Shown in pieces: positions 12,775 to 25,774 of a stretch of DNA of 64,000 bases (position 1 is the first letter of the stretch; every line of letters starts with the position of its first letter). Source of the stretch: Chiloscyllium plagiosum (lineage: Eukaryota); the NCBI RefSeq assembly GCF_004010195.1, contig NC_057719.1, positions 66,398,066 through 66,462,065 of the forward strand, written 5' to 3'. The notes below the pieces were generated by a model, which saw only the letters and a list, made by a program, of their open reading frames with translations, searched no databases and was not told where the DNA came from. The position numbers were made by a program, and so were the translations under genes.

Positions 12775-13075
12775 GCTACATCATTGCAGCCAGTAAAGTA
12801 GTTTCAAACTGATGTCACTGTTAAAACATTGGAAATAAAGCAGCCAGCATGGCTTGCTGTAAGTCCCAAAAACAATATTGTGATAATGACCTAATGATCT
12901 GTGATGACAGTGTTGGTCTGAGGGATAAATATGCAGGGACCACCCCTGCTGTTCAATATGGTGGTATCTTTTACATGCATCTGGAGAGGAGGTCTCAACT
13001 TTTATGTTTCATCTGAAAGACTACACCCCTGACCGTGTAACATTACCTCAGTAGAGTTTCAGCCTAGGTTTCTGG
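12775..13075 (-). mobile_element. DeuSINE (SacSINE1/AmnSINE1-like), decayed
   Basis: gtgataatgacc...tgagggataaatat...ggtatcttttacatgcatct...tttcatctgaaagactacacc...cctcagta match the reverse complement of the recalled Deu domain and tail. Confidence 0.65.
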
Positions 13076-14334
13076 CGTGTAATTTAATCTCAGTTGTGAG
13101 TGCAGAGCAAATTCAACAGTTTGTTTTATTAATTGGTATTCTCTGGAAAAAATATTGTAAAATAAAAATGTAGAGCTTCTGTAGTATTGGTTGTATGATT
13201 TGTTGTTGTACCTTAATTGCTATGGGTCGTAAATGTATGAATATTTGGCTTTTGGAAAGATGGGAACAGAAATTTTTCAACTGAAGGTGTTCACCACCCC
13301 TTTACCAGATAATTTATTTGGGAACAAGGCTGGAGGTGAGACTTGCTCCCCATATTGGTTGGCAGCTTTGTGGCCCCGCTGGCAACAATGGCTACTGTTG
13401 AGACCATGAGCAGTATCCAGAATCTGAGGAACCCACACTAGACCAAGTTAGTCCGAGGCTGGTTTAGGAAGTGAATGCTTAAAGGGGTGGGGAGATGGTA
13501 GTAGGGGTTATAATTTGTCGGGCAGCCAGGGAGGAAGCACCTGGGGGCTCAGATATCAGAGAGAGGGCTGGGGCACCTGATGTCAAAAGGAGGTCACCAA
13601 TAAATGTCCCATCCCTTCACCCCCTTGAGAGAGATATATACACACATACACATATACACACAAGGAAACCGTTCTTAACTTAGAAAGATCATGATTGAGG
13701 TGAGAGTGGTCAGTCATTTTCTATTGAAAATACTGCTTCCAATATTTTTTTAAGTCATCATTATCTGAGTATTGGTTCATTGACATCATTTTTAAGATAG
13801 CAAAATAACAAATTCTTAAGTTGAATGTTTGCTTTTTTACAATGTGACATGGTTTGAATTGGATGTTACATTTTCGGTCTTTTTCAATCTGAAACAGTGG
13901 CACAGCTGTCATTGTAAAATCAGTCGCTAATCCAGGCGTTGAAGTTGCCTTAGCTAATTAGCTGACTAGCCTCAGAGATATGGCTGCAAATCCGATGCAC
14001 TGAATCTGCTGATGCTTGTCCTTTGTATGCTGGCTGCTGACTCATCGTTGCACTACTGTATTCCAGTCTTTTTGGAATTCAGGACCTCCTCTCTGTAGCA
14101 CAAAATGTAATCTTTGAATGAAGACTTAATGGAGAATTAACAGGAACTGTTGGTAGAGTGTGTATCAGGAGAGAAACAGATTATTTCAGATCAGAGATGA
14201 AGGAGGTGCAGCAGGAAAGAACTGCCAGCTGGGGTTTGGAGGCTGGTAAACAAGGATAATCGAGAAGAAAGAAAGAGAACATTTGCTGATGTTACTTCTC
14301 TAGATGTAATATTGAGTATGGAGGTGGGTGGGAA

Positions 14335-17300
14335 CATAGAGTCATAGAGATGTACAGCATGGAAACAAACCCTTCGGTCCAACTTGTCCATGCCAACGAG
14401 ATATCCCGACCCAATCTAGTCCCACCTGGCAGCACCCAACCCATATCCCTCCAAACCCTTCCTATTCATATACCCATTCAGATTTCTTTAAACTTTGCAA
14501 TTGTACTTCATCTGGCAGCTCATTCCATGCACGTACCACACTCTGCGTGAAAAGGTTTCCCCTTAGGTCTCTTTTATATCTTTCCCCTCTCACCCTAAAC
14601 CTATGGTCCCTAGTTCTGGACTTCCCCACCCCAGGGAAAAGACATTGTCTATTTATCCAATCCATGCTCCTCATGATTTTATAAACCTCTATGGGGTCAC
14701 CCCTCAGCCTCCAACGCTCAAGGGAAAACAGCCCCAGCATGTTCAGCCTCTCCCTATAGCTCAAATCCTCCAACCCTGGCAACATCCTTGTAAATCTTTT
14801 CTGAACTCTTTCAGGTTTCACAACATCTTTCCGATAGGAAGGAGACCAGCACTGCATGCAATATTCCAACAGTGGCCTAACCAATGTCCTGTACAACCAC
14901 AACATGACCTCCCAACTCCTATATTCAATACTGTGACCAATAAAGGAAAGCATACCAAACGCCTTTTTCACTATCCTATTTACCTGTGACTCCACTTTCA
15001 AGGAGCTATGAACCTGCACTGCAAGGTCTCTTTGTTCCGCAACACTCCCTAGGACCTTACCATTAAGTGTATAAAGCCTGCTAAGATTTGCTTTCCCAAA
15101 ATGCAGCACCACATTTATCTGAATTAAACTCCATCTGCCACTTCATAGCCCATTGACCCATCTGGTCAAGATCCTGTTGTAATCTGAGGTAACCCTCTTC
15201 GCTGTCCACTACACCTCCAATTTTGGTGTCACCTGCAAACTTACTAACTATACCTCTTATGCTCAATGGAAATCATTTATATAAATGATGAAACGTAGTG
15301 GACCTAGTAGCGATCTTTATGGCACTCCACTAGTCACAGGCCTCCAGTCTGAAAAACAACCCTCCACCAACACCCTCTGTCTTCTACCTTTGAGCCAGTT
15401 CTGTATACAAATAGCTAGTTCTCGCTGTATTCCATGCGATCTAACCTTTCTAATCAGTCTCCCATAGGGAACCTTGTCAAACGCCTTATTGAAGTCCATG
15501 TAGATCATATCTACCACTCTGCCCTTATCAATCCTCTCTGTTACTTCAAAAAACTCAATCAAGTTTGTGAGACATCATTTTCCATGTACAAATTCATGTT
15601 GACTATCCCTAATCAGTCCTTGCCTTTCCAAATAAATGTACATGCTTTCCCTTAGGATTCCCTCCAACAGCTTGCCCAACTCAGACGTCAGGATCACTGG
15701 CCTATAGTTCCTGGCCTGTCCTTACCACCCTTCTTAAACAGTGGCACCACGTTAGCCAACCTCCAGTCTTCCGACACCTCACCTGTGACTATCAAGGATA
15801 CAAATATCTTAGCAAAAAGCCCAACAATCACTTCTCTCGCTTCCCACAGAGTTCTAGGGTACACCTGATCAGGTCCTGGGGATTTATCCAGCTTTATACG
15901 TTTCAAGACATCCAGCACTTCCTCCTCTGTAATATGGACGTATTTCAAGATGTCACCATCTATTTCCCTACATTCGATATCTTCCATGTGTTTTTCCACA
16001 GTAAAGACTGATGCAAAATACTCGTTTAGTATCTCCCCCATCTTCTGTGACTCCACACAAAGGCCACCTTGTTGATCTTTGAGGAGCCCTATTCTTTCGC
16101 TACTTACCGTTTTGTCCTTAACAGATTTGTGAAAAACCCTTTGGATTCTCCTTAATTCTATTTGCCAAAGCTATCCCATGTCCCCTTTTTGCTCTCCTGA
16201 TTTCCCTCTTAAGTGTACTCCTACTGCCTCTACACTCTAAGGATTCACTTGATCTATCCTGTCTCTATCTGACATATGCTTCCTTCTTTTTCTTAAGCAA
16301 ACCCTCAATTTCTTTAGTCATCCAGCATTCCCTATACCTACCAGTCTTTCCTTTCACACTAACAGGAATATACTTTCTCTGGACTCTCGTTATCTCATTT
16401 CTGAAGGCTTCCCATTTTCCAGCCGTCCCTTTACCTGCGAACATCTGCCCCCCAATCAGCTTTTGAAAGTTCTTGCCTAATACCATCAAAATTGGCCTTT
16501 CTTCAGTTTAGAACTTCAACTTTTAGATTTGGTCTATCCTTTTTTCCATCACTATTTTAAAACGAATAGAATTATGGTCGCTGGCCCCAAAGTGCTCCTC
16601 CATTCACACTTCAGTCACCTGCCCTGCCTTATTTTCCAAGAGTAGGTCAAGTTTTGCACCTTCTCTAGCAGGTACATCCACATACTGAATCAGAAGATTT
16701 TATTGAACACACTTAACACTGTGGCAGTCCCAGTCGATGTTTGGAAAGTTAAAATCCCCTTCCATAACTACCCTATTATTCTTACAGATAGCTGAGATCT
16801 CCTTACAAGTTTGTTTCTCAATTTCCCTCTGACTATTAGGGGGTCTATAATACAATCCCAATAAGGTGATCATCCCTTTCTTATTTCTCAGTTCCACCCA
16901 AATAACTTGCTTGGATGTATTTCCAGGAATATCCTCCCTCAGTACAGCTGTATTGCTATCCCCTATCAAAAATGCCACTCCCTCTCCTCTCTTGCCTCCC
17001 TTTCTATCCTTCCTGTAGCATTTGTATCCTGGAACATTAAGCTGCCAGTCCTGTCCATCCTTGAGCCATGTTTCTGTACTTGCTATGATATCCCAGTCCC
17101 ATGTTCCTAACTATGCCCTGAGTTCATCTCCCTTCCCTGTCAGGCCTCTTGCATTGAAATAAATACAGTTTTTTTTATTATCAGTGTCCTACCTTGTTCT
17201 CTGCTTTGTCCCTGCCTGCCCTGACTGTTTGATTCGCCTTTGTTTTCAAGTGTACCAATCTCCGATTGATCTCTTTCCTCACTATCTCCCTGGGTCTCAC

Positions 17301-17458
17301 CTCTTTCCCCCAGCCCCAGCCCCACCTTACTAGTTTAAATCCTCCTGAGCAGCTATAGCAAATCTCCCTGCCAGTATGTTAGTCCCCTTTCAATTTAGGT
17401 ACAATCCGTCCTTCTTGTACAGGTCATATCTACCCCAGAAGAGCTTCCAATGATCCAA
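14335..17458 (-). mobile_element. 5'-truncated CR1 LINE (end of ORF1 and disrupted ORF2)
   Basis: Minus-strand ORFs with GLYYRPPN, GDFNFPNIDW, KSPGPDQVYPR, YMDFNKAFDKVP, KFAGDTKIGG, LYRTLVRPLLEYC; 3' tail catagagtcatagag at 14335. Confidence 0.95.
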
Positions 17459-17640
17459 AAAACAATTGTTTTAATTTTCACATGTCCCATACCCTAAATG
17501 CTGGTACAGGCAAACTCCTTTTACATCCTGTGGAATTTGCAGATGCTATTACATTTGCCTTTTATAAAACCTGGTTCTGCGATAGAAATGCCTATCCTCA
17601 CTTGCAATTCCAAAGGTGTGAAGGTCGGCACGGGTGTGCT

Positions 17641-17940
17641 GGGCGGCACGGTGGCACAGTGGTTAGCACTGCTGCCTCACAGTGCCTGAGACCCGGGTTC
17701 AATTCCCGCCTCAGGCGACTGACTGTGTGGAGTTTGCACGTTCTCCCCGTGTCTGCGTGGGTTTCCTCCGGGTGCTCCGGTTTCCTCCCACAGTCCAAAG
17801 ATGTGCGGGTCAGGTGAATTGGCCATGCTAAATTGCCCGTAGTGTTAGGCAAGGGGTAAATGTAGGGGTATGGGTGGGTTGCGCTCCGGCGGGTCGGTGT
17901 GGACTTGTTGGCCCGAAGGGCCTGTTTCCACACTGTAATG
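17641..17940 (+). mobile_element. HE1-type V-SINE, young full-length copy
   Basis: A box tggcacagtgg, B box ggttcaattcc, V-domain gtgtggagtttgcacgttctccccgtgtctgcgtgggtttcctccggg, CR1-like tail; CpGs retained. Confidence 0.9.
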
Positions 17941-18135
17941 AAATGTAAAGGTCAGGTGGATTGGCCAAGCTAAACTTTCTGTCGTGTTCAGGGATGTGTA
18001 TGCGAGCTGGATTATCTGTGGTAACAACAAGGTTATAGGAATAGGGTTGGGGCTAGATGGATGGTATTTGGAATGTTGGTGCAGACTCAATGGGCTGAAT
18101 GGCTTCTTACTGCAGTCCAGGGATTCTATGATTCT
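17941..18135 (+). mobile_element. Older HE1-type SINE, 3' part
   Basis: aggtggattggccaagctaaa...gcagactcaatgggctgaatggc...gggattctatgattct. Confidence 0.7.
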
Positions 18136-18228
18136 GTGATCAATTCTGCACTTAATTGGTTTCTTTCCAATCATAACCATACTGTTATACTTCATGATTG
18201 AATTTCTGTCCTCCTTCCATCTTTCCTG

Positions 18229-18374
18229 ATAGAGTCATAGAGAAGTACAGCATGGAAACAGACCCTTCGGTCCAACCTGTCCATGCCGACTAGATATCCC
18301 AACCCAATCTAGTCCCACGTGTCAGCACCTGGCCCAATCCCAATAAGGTGATCATCCCTTTCTTATTTCTCAGT
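18229..18374 (-). mobile_element. CR1 3' tail fused to a 40-bp endonuclease-region fragment
   Basis: 18229-18335 matches the CR1 tail; 18335-18374 matches 16853-16892. Confidence 0.8.
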
Positions 18375-19784
18375 ATCTACTATCCAATTTTGACTCCACA
18401 TCCTACAGCATTAGTAAGAACTAATGTTGGAACAAAAATGAGAGGATATCTGACCAATTCATTTCATAACTAATGTAGAGGTTTTCCCAAGACTGAGATG
18501 ATGCAGACAAAGCAAATGCCTACATCTGGTTTCACTGCCTATTTTTCAGGAAACAGGCTGCTAACTTGTGGCTGTTTACCATCTACCATAGCTGCGTTGG
18601 AATAGGTTGATAAATAACTGATCTGGTCACACTATGAGCATTCCTTCCACAGCCATCAACTTCTGATTGGACTTGAATCCAGAGTTTTTAGCCACTGCTG
18701 TAGTTTTACTAGGCCTGTGTCCTTTTAACTGAACAGGTTTAGTTTATGTCACAGGGCTTCATTCTACACGCGATATGCTAATGTATCCAAGCAGGGAGTG
18801 TCTGCTATGTGTATTTTCTTTTTGGTGAGGGTGGAGACCATTCCAGCTGAGCTCAGATCTCAAAACCAAGATAGGGTTGATATATATTTGCAATTATTCT
18901 ACTTGCTGAGGAATAAAAGTGATGCAAAGAACCAATTTCACTGTGTGAGGAAGCATTTCAGCATGGACTAGCTGGTCCTGAAGCTGAATTCATGTGGGTT
19001 CCATTTCAGAAATTTTCTGTATGAACATATCTGTTGCGTCTTACTCCTGCTGAATGAGCAGTTCCAAAACTGGAATGTCAATGCCAGCCTAATTTAAATG
19101 AGGCCACATTGAGGACCAATCAAGCTTTAGGCTTTCTTTGTAGGAATTATTCCTTGGACCCAGCTCGCACCTGGAGGATAGTGTTCTCATAGACCCATAA
19201 ACATACCAATTTTCTTTATTCCTTCTCTTCCCATAATGCATGCAGACAAGCCCCATTCCGACTATTCTATATTCTCAGTTTCAATGCACAGAAATCAACT
19301 TGAAACAATTGTGTGTGACCATATTTTGCATGCTGTTCTTGGGGCATATAACTACATGTCAATTTAAATCACAAATGAGGGTGTGGTAGGAAATTTTACT
19401 GTAAAATCAGATTAATCTGCCTCCCCACCCACTTAAAGTATTAAGTGGTTCTATATGCAAAGCATGAGAAAATAATTGCAATGACAAGATAAGCAAATAC
19501 ACTCCTGCAGATGCCTTATGAATTCATTTCCACAAGAACTCACTCTTTATCTCTCTGCTCTGAATGATAAAGACCATAACAACACCAGATTGAGGAGCAG
19601 AAATTAAGCCATTGAGTCTGCTTCACCATTCAATTGTGGCTTAAACTGAAAACAGCTGCAACAACTTTATATAGTCCATTCACTGAGGTCAAATGTCATG
19701 ATTAACATTGCTCTTGAGTCCATATGTTTAATTTGACTTCACATTTTTCATTGTGCTGAAAGTACTAGATCCTGAATTTATTAT

Positions 19785-20840
19785 TTTATCTGAGATTTTC
19801 AGAAGGATTTTGATAAGGTGTCTCATAAGAGATCACTGGGCGAAGTTAAAGCACATGTGATGGAGGGGCGGGGTAATACACCTCCGTGAATTGAGATTTA
19901 TTGATGGGTGGAAAACAAAAATGAGAATAAGTCAGTCTTTTTTTTCCCATGGTGTCAGACAGTGACTCGTTGTACTCAGAGATCTGTGCTTGGGGCCCCA
20001 ACTATTCACAATATATATAAAGGACCTGGGTGAGTCAATCAAATGCAACCTTTCCAAGTTTGCTGATGACAAAATACTTGGTGGATTTGTGAGGAGGACG
20101 CAAAGAGGTTCAGTGAGATTGAAACCAGTTAAGTGAATGGGCAAACTCGTGGCAATGTTGTAGAACATGGCGAAATGTGAAGTTGTGCAAAAAGCAGTAA
20201 GGAACAGTATTATTTAAATTATTTTAATATCTTGGCAAGTATGAATGTACAAATGGATCTGAGTGTCCTTGCATAACAGTCAGTGAAAATGGACATGCAG
20301 ATATAGCAAGCTAGGAGGGCAAATGATATATTGGCAATCATTGTTAGAACGTTTGAGTTGAGATGTACATCCTGTACATTCCGAAGAAGAGCCGCTGGAA
20401 CTAAAATGTTGACTCTGCTTTCTCTCCACTGATGCTTCCAGACCTGCGAGTTTCTCCAGCAATTTCTGTTTTCATTTCATTAAATCATTTTAATAATATT
20501 TTGGAGCACTTGGTCCACAGTCTTGTATGCCTTGTGAACAGTTCTGGTCTCCCTATTTAAGAAAGGACACACATGTAATAAAGAAGGTGCAGAAGACATT
20601 CAGGAACGGCAGCAATGTCCTATGTGGAGAGATTGGTTTGACTGGGCCTGTACTTACTAGAGTTTAGAAGGATGAGAGGAGATCTAATTCAACATATAAA
20701 ATCCTAACAAGGCTGGGCAGACTAGATACATAAGATATTTTCCTTGGTTGGAGAGTCTAGAACCAGAGACACTGCTACAGAATAGAGGGTAGACCATTTA
20801 TGCTGGAGATTAATATCTTTGCTCAAAGGGTTGTGAATAC
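19785..20840 (+). mobile_element. Old CR1-like LINE RT/3' remnant, interrupted by a PLE-type fragment at ~20380-20480
   Basis: gattttcagaaggattttgataaggtg (DFQK.FDKV), tccaagtttgctgatgac (SKFADD), tagagtttagaaggatgagagg. Confidence 0.7.
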
Positions 20841-20859
20841 AGAACTATTACTGAATGTT

Positions 20860-22500
20860 GTCAGGGCCCATTGTGTTTGCAGTATCTAGTACCTTCAGCC
20901 ATTTCTTGACATTGTACCGAGTGAACTGAATTGGTTGAAGACTGGCATTCTTAAATTTGAATTTAATAAGAGGCCAAGATGGAACATTTACTCAGTACTT
21001 CTGGCTGATGCTTGTTGTAAATGCTTCAGCCTTGGCTTTTGCACTGATGTGCTAAGCTCCCTCATCATTAAGGATGTGAATATATATAGAGACCTCCTCC
21101 AGTGAGTTGTTTAACTGTTCTTCACCATTTAGGAATGGATGTGAAGAGACTGCAGAGCTTAGATCTGACCCATTTCTTGTGGCATTGCTGAGCTCTACCA
21201 ACCATATGCTGTTAACACTTTCATATTTAAGTACTCATTTGTTATGGCTTCAGGGTACCATCTAAATCTTAGGAACACCTGGTGTTGCTCCTGGCCTGCC
21301 CTCCAGCACTCTTCATTGATCTAGTTTTGGTACCCTGACTGGATGGTAATGGTAGAGTAGGGGCTATGCCAGACTGAGATTACAGAATGTGGTTGAACCC
21401 AGTTCCAGTGTTGCTGATGGCTCACGGCATCTCATGGATGGTCAGCTTTGCTAGCTCTGTTCAAAATCTGTTCCATTTAACACAGTGGTAGTGTCACTCA
21501 ACAGACTGAAGGGATCTTCAATGTGAAGGCAGGACTTTGTATTCACAAGGATTATGTGATGGTTATTTCTAACAATAGTCTTGTGGACAGATGCATCAGT
21601 GATGGGTATATTAATGAGGATTGATTAACCAATTTTGGATCCAGTTTGCCAACTTGGGTTCAAGTTGGAAATCTGTATCTGAGACTGGTTAACAAATAAG
21701 AGCCAAAAAGTGATGAAGGGTTATTATGGAAACAGTCTGATATTGATCAGCTGGTAAATTGGGCAGAGCAACAGCAGACAGAGTATAATTCCGATAACTG
21801 TGAGTGATATAGTTTGGGAAGTCTAATAAGGGAAGAGTATACTCCCCGGGACCTGCTATTCATGGTGTAATGAGGGACAAAGGGACCATGTTATCCCAGT
21901 CTATAGATCCTGAAGGTGTCAGCGGAGGAAGCAGGCTGGTGAAGAAGCCATGTAGGCTTCTTACCTTCACTTGCCAGGACTGAGAATATAGGAGCAAGGA
22001 AGTCTTATTACAATTCGTAAGTGATAGTAGTTTTCCTTGTCCATGTTTGACCTGATGCCATGAGACTTCATGTGCTGCAGAGACAATGTTAAGGATTCCC
22101 AGAGCAACTCCCTCTTGAATGTGTACCACTATGCCATTATTCCTGGTGGGTCTGGCCAATCAATGTGACCAGACATGCACAGAGAAATCATGACGACAAT
22201 GTCTTAGGCATAGTCATTCTGATTGTCTGTAATTTCATGATTCTTTGTTGGATTGGTCCTTAACTAAACTGTGGGACAACTCTCCCAATTCAAGCAGAGT
22301 CTGCAGTCATTGGCAAGGGAGAGGTTGACAGGATCCCAACAGGGATGAGTTTGCTATTGCTGTTTCCAGACACCTGGTTAAATCTTGGCGGTTCATCTAG
22401 TTTCATGTCTTCAATTTCATTGCAATATGATCTAACTGAATGGCATGCTCAGCCATTTCAAAGTACATTTAAGACTCTGCTACATTGTTGTGGGTCTGTC
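20860..22500 (-). mobile_element. Decayed fragments of a second LINE family ('family B', L2/CR1 group) with a + strand CR1 piece at ~21730-22020
   Basis: Endonuclease-like GVALGILNI..HEVSWHQVKHGQGKLL on minus; related text at 54180-54490. Confidence 0.55.
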
Positions 22501-22789
22501 CGAATTCCAGACTTAAAAATCAGAATTGAAATTTCACCATCTGAATATCTACCTAAAGAATAATGGAAGAGTGCTTAACTGCACATGGCATTGTAGTAAC
22601 CTGTTCTGACATTTTTTCTCTGGCTGTTAGGAACCCAAAAAGACCAGGAAAACAGAAGTATGACAATTGTAAAGTAGCTGACTCCATCTCTGTTTGTCCA
22701 ATAATCAAAAACTGATTGCATTAATGAAATTTGTCTTTACAATAAAAATGGAAGGGATCAAAGTGGAAGATAGATATTCCACAAAGAGA

Positions 22790-22929
22790 GGAGAAAGTGA
22801 GGTCTGCAGATGCTGGAGATCAGAGCTGGAAATGTGTTGCTGGAAAGGCGCAGCAGGTCAGGCAGCATCCAGGGAACAGGAGAATCGACGTTTCGGGCAT
22901 AAGCCCTTCTTCAGGAGGGCTTATGCCCG
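22790..22929 (-). mobile_element. PLE-terminus insert with hammerhead core and short inverted duplication
   Basis: Reverse complement reads CTGAAGAagggcttatgcccGAAACGTC; inverted agggcttatgcccgaaa at 22916-22932; aaagaga duplicated at 22783-22789 and 22930-22936. Confidence 0.8.
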
Positions 22930-23057
22930 AAAGAGACTATTCTAGACATAAGCCATAATAGAATGTCATTAATAAGGTTGAAATTAGAACAATTTTTAGA
23001 TATTCATGTTATTACTCCTGTTTTTGTTGATGTTCTGCTTCTTTATTTTAATCACAG

Positions 23058-23172
23058 GATATATCTCCATCAGAATTTGAAGACCGAACTCCTGGACGGC
23101 TCCAGGCCATTTGGCCACCTCCCAAACCAAAAGATGAGGAAGAGAAAGTGGGTTTGAAGTATACTGAAGCAG
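23058..23172 (+). CDS. FMN1: Formin-1 internal exon (115 nt, phase 0 to 1)
   Basis: tcacag|GAT...GCAG|gtagga; [38 protein letters not shown] matches recalled FMN1 [30 protein letters not shown]. Confidence 0.96.
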
Positions 23173-23639
23173 GTAGGAATCAATACAATCACTGAACAGC
23201 TCTTCGTGTTCCTTAAGAAAACAGGTAGAAAATGCACTGATGCATTTGTTTTACCATGTTAAACCCTTATTTGTTTTGAATGATTTTGAATCATTGTGAC
23301 GTATCTGTAAATGTGAATTTTATACATTGGAATGCACCTTTTTTGTCCTGCTCACATTCACAGCCTTAATGCAATAAGCAGCCAGGAGTTGGATCTGAAA
23401 AGATATAAAAGTAAGTAGAAGGGGAGTTGAACTTTTGTGATCAGAAACATGAAGCTCATTGACTAAAAGCTTTCAATGTATAGTTGATGAACTGCTATCA
23501 TGTAGCAGATTAACCTTGTGGTGAAGCTGTTACTTTTTCTTTTATTTTGTACAATAGCCACACAGGTAATTAGGTCCTTAATTTTAAACGTTTAATTTTT
23601 CTGTGCTTTAAATGTCAGCAAATGTGACCAGAAGGAAAT

Positions 23640-24430
23640 CATGTTCAGCAAAAGATGTGATTGCACTGGAGAAGTTGCAGACGAGATTTTCCAGGATGCT
23701 ACCTGGGCTGGAGAGGCTGTCATATGAGGAAAAATCCGATATGCTGGGATTGTATTCCGTGGATCAGCAAAGGTTGAGAAAGGACTTGATAGAAATGTAC
23801 AAGATTATGAGAGGTATTGATACAGTGGATTGGAAGGGACATTTTATCTTGGTCAATAAGCTAAGAGGAAAGTTGAGGGAAAATGTTTTCCTTTCTAATC
23901 ATAGAATTTCTACAGTATGGAAGCAGGCCTTTTGGCCCATCGAATCCACACCAACCCTCTGAAGTGCATCCCACCCAGACACATCCCCCTCCCTATCATT
24001 ATTACCCTGAATTTCCCATGGCTAACCCACCTAGCCTGCACATCCCTAGACACAATGGGAAAGTTAACAATGCCAATCCATCTAACCCGTACATATTTGT
24101 ACTGTGCAAGGAAACCGGAGTACCAGGAAGAATGTGCAAACTCCACACAGACAGTTGCCTGAGCGTGGAATTGAACCCAGGTCCCTGGCACTGTGAGGCA
24201 GCAGTGCTAACCACAGAAGGAGGTGGGAATCTAGGACCCATGGTTGAAAGTATGCTTAAGTCTAAAACTTGACATGTAAGCAACATTTAGACACTCACTC
24301 ATGTTACCATATGCGTCAGAGTTATGGGCCAATGGCAGGAAAATGGGATTAGTGTGGTCATATCTTTATTGACGATCATGGACATAATGGTCTGAGTGCC
24401 CTCCAATGCTGTAAATGCCTAGAAGTCTAT
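23640..24430 (+). mobile_element. Old CR1 3' fragment split by a SINE
   Basis: KDVIALEKLQTRFSRMLPGLE...DLIEMYKIMRG; resumes after ~24250. Confidence 0.7.
23900..24213 (-). mobile_element. HE1-type V-SINE
   Basis: tgcaaactccacacagacag...ggaattgaacccagg...tgaggcagcagtgctaacca. Confidence 0.85.
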
Positions 24431-25409
24431 GTTACTTGAATCTTGATATGCTGTCTCTACACATTAGGTTATAAAGCAAGTTAACACTCCTTGATCATTG
24501 CTGATAAGAGAGACATGTTGCTGTATGTTTGTGTCTTGTACTCCTTAGGACAAAAGCACAAGAATGTCCAATTCACTTCTGAATGGTTTTGTGCAATATT
24601 ATTTGCAGATTTAGAAACAAAGGCATCAAGCTATGGAGCATCTGTGTAAAACCTGCTGTTTGTTATTAGATTTGCTTCCCCCCATCATGTAACAATGTAA
24701 ACTACCTGCAATACTCCTGTTGGTGGCACCATAAAAGCACATTCTGTCAATAGGTTCCAATAAGTTGCTCAAAATGCTTTTTGATGTTTTTTCTTCAATT
24801 TCCACCATTCCTTGGTACTTCTAATGTATAATATCCAGGTTAATTGTTTAAGCATAAAATTAATAAAAATCAAGAAATGATTAATAAATTGGAAGAATGA
24901 GCTAAAATTTTCACTTTTCCTGATTCAAGTGCAAATTTAGTTTTAATCGATATTCCTTGATACATTCAATAGTGGTAACATAGTAAGCTTTGATTAGTAC
25001 AACTGAAAAATAAGTTATCACAAAAATTATGTATTGTAATTCAGCATCAATTCAGGATGTATGACTGGCCTGATTTTAAATAACTGAAAATGAGTTTTAA
25101 ATAAATAACAATTTTCTACTAAAATTACTTTACGGAAACAAACAATTCCTTGGTCAATTTTGTTTTTAGTTTCAGAATCCTTCCAAAATATACCTTATAT
25201 TTTTTGAGCATTCCGGTTTATTTGAAAACCAAATGAAAGCCTGAAAATCTGGCCAATTGTTGCAAACTCCCAGCAGTGATTAAGATCTCTTGAATGCTTG
25301 GTCAGCCTTGTAGTCCTGATTCTAAGATGGGGGAGCTGGATTTTGTGATCCCCTCCACTTGGTAAAATTAAAGCATGTGGCCTTCCCACTGCCTCCTTGC
25401 TCACCCAAA

Positions 25410-25625
25410 GTAGACAAGCAGGAGGCTGGAAGAACACAACAAGCCAGGCAGCATCAGGAGGTGGAGAAGTCAACGTTTCGGGTGTAACCCTTCTTCAGGA
25501 CTAGCAATGGGGGTGAGGGGAGCTACAGATGAAGGTGGTGTGGGAACTGTTTTGGGCAAGGAGAGGGGCAGACTGGTGAGGTAGTGATAGGTGAACACAG
25601 GTAGAGGGTACGGCCCAATTTGTCA
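25410..25625 (-). mobile_element. PLE terminus with intact minimal hammerhead motif (25468-25502)
   Basis: Reverse complement agtc-CTGAAGA-a-gggt tac accc-GAAACGTT-gact. Confidence 0.7.
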
Positions 25626-25774
25626 ATGCTCACCCAGGCCAGTATTCTATATTAGCGCGAGTGGGAAGGTACTTATGTCTATTGAAGCAGTTTGGAGGTC
25701 AGGTAAAGGCCTCTTTAGGTTCTCATTCCAGCTCCTCTCCTGTTTTGCTCATCACAGGGCTTGTCAGATAAGTA

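Noticed and set aside
13900..14330. Maf/AP-1-like motif tgctgactcat and palindrome gctaattagc as an enhancer (also gctgactcagc at ~36178)
   Set aside because: Short motifs are expected by chance in 64 kb and conservation cannot be judged from one sequence
17641..17712. tRNA gene
   Set aside because: The A/B boxes belong to the tRNA-derived head of an HE1 SINE
22963..23157. 64-aa ORF overlapping the FMN1 exon
   Set aside because: Wrong frame; the conserved peptide is in the frame starting at 23058
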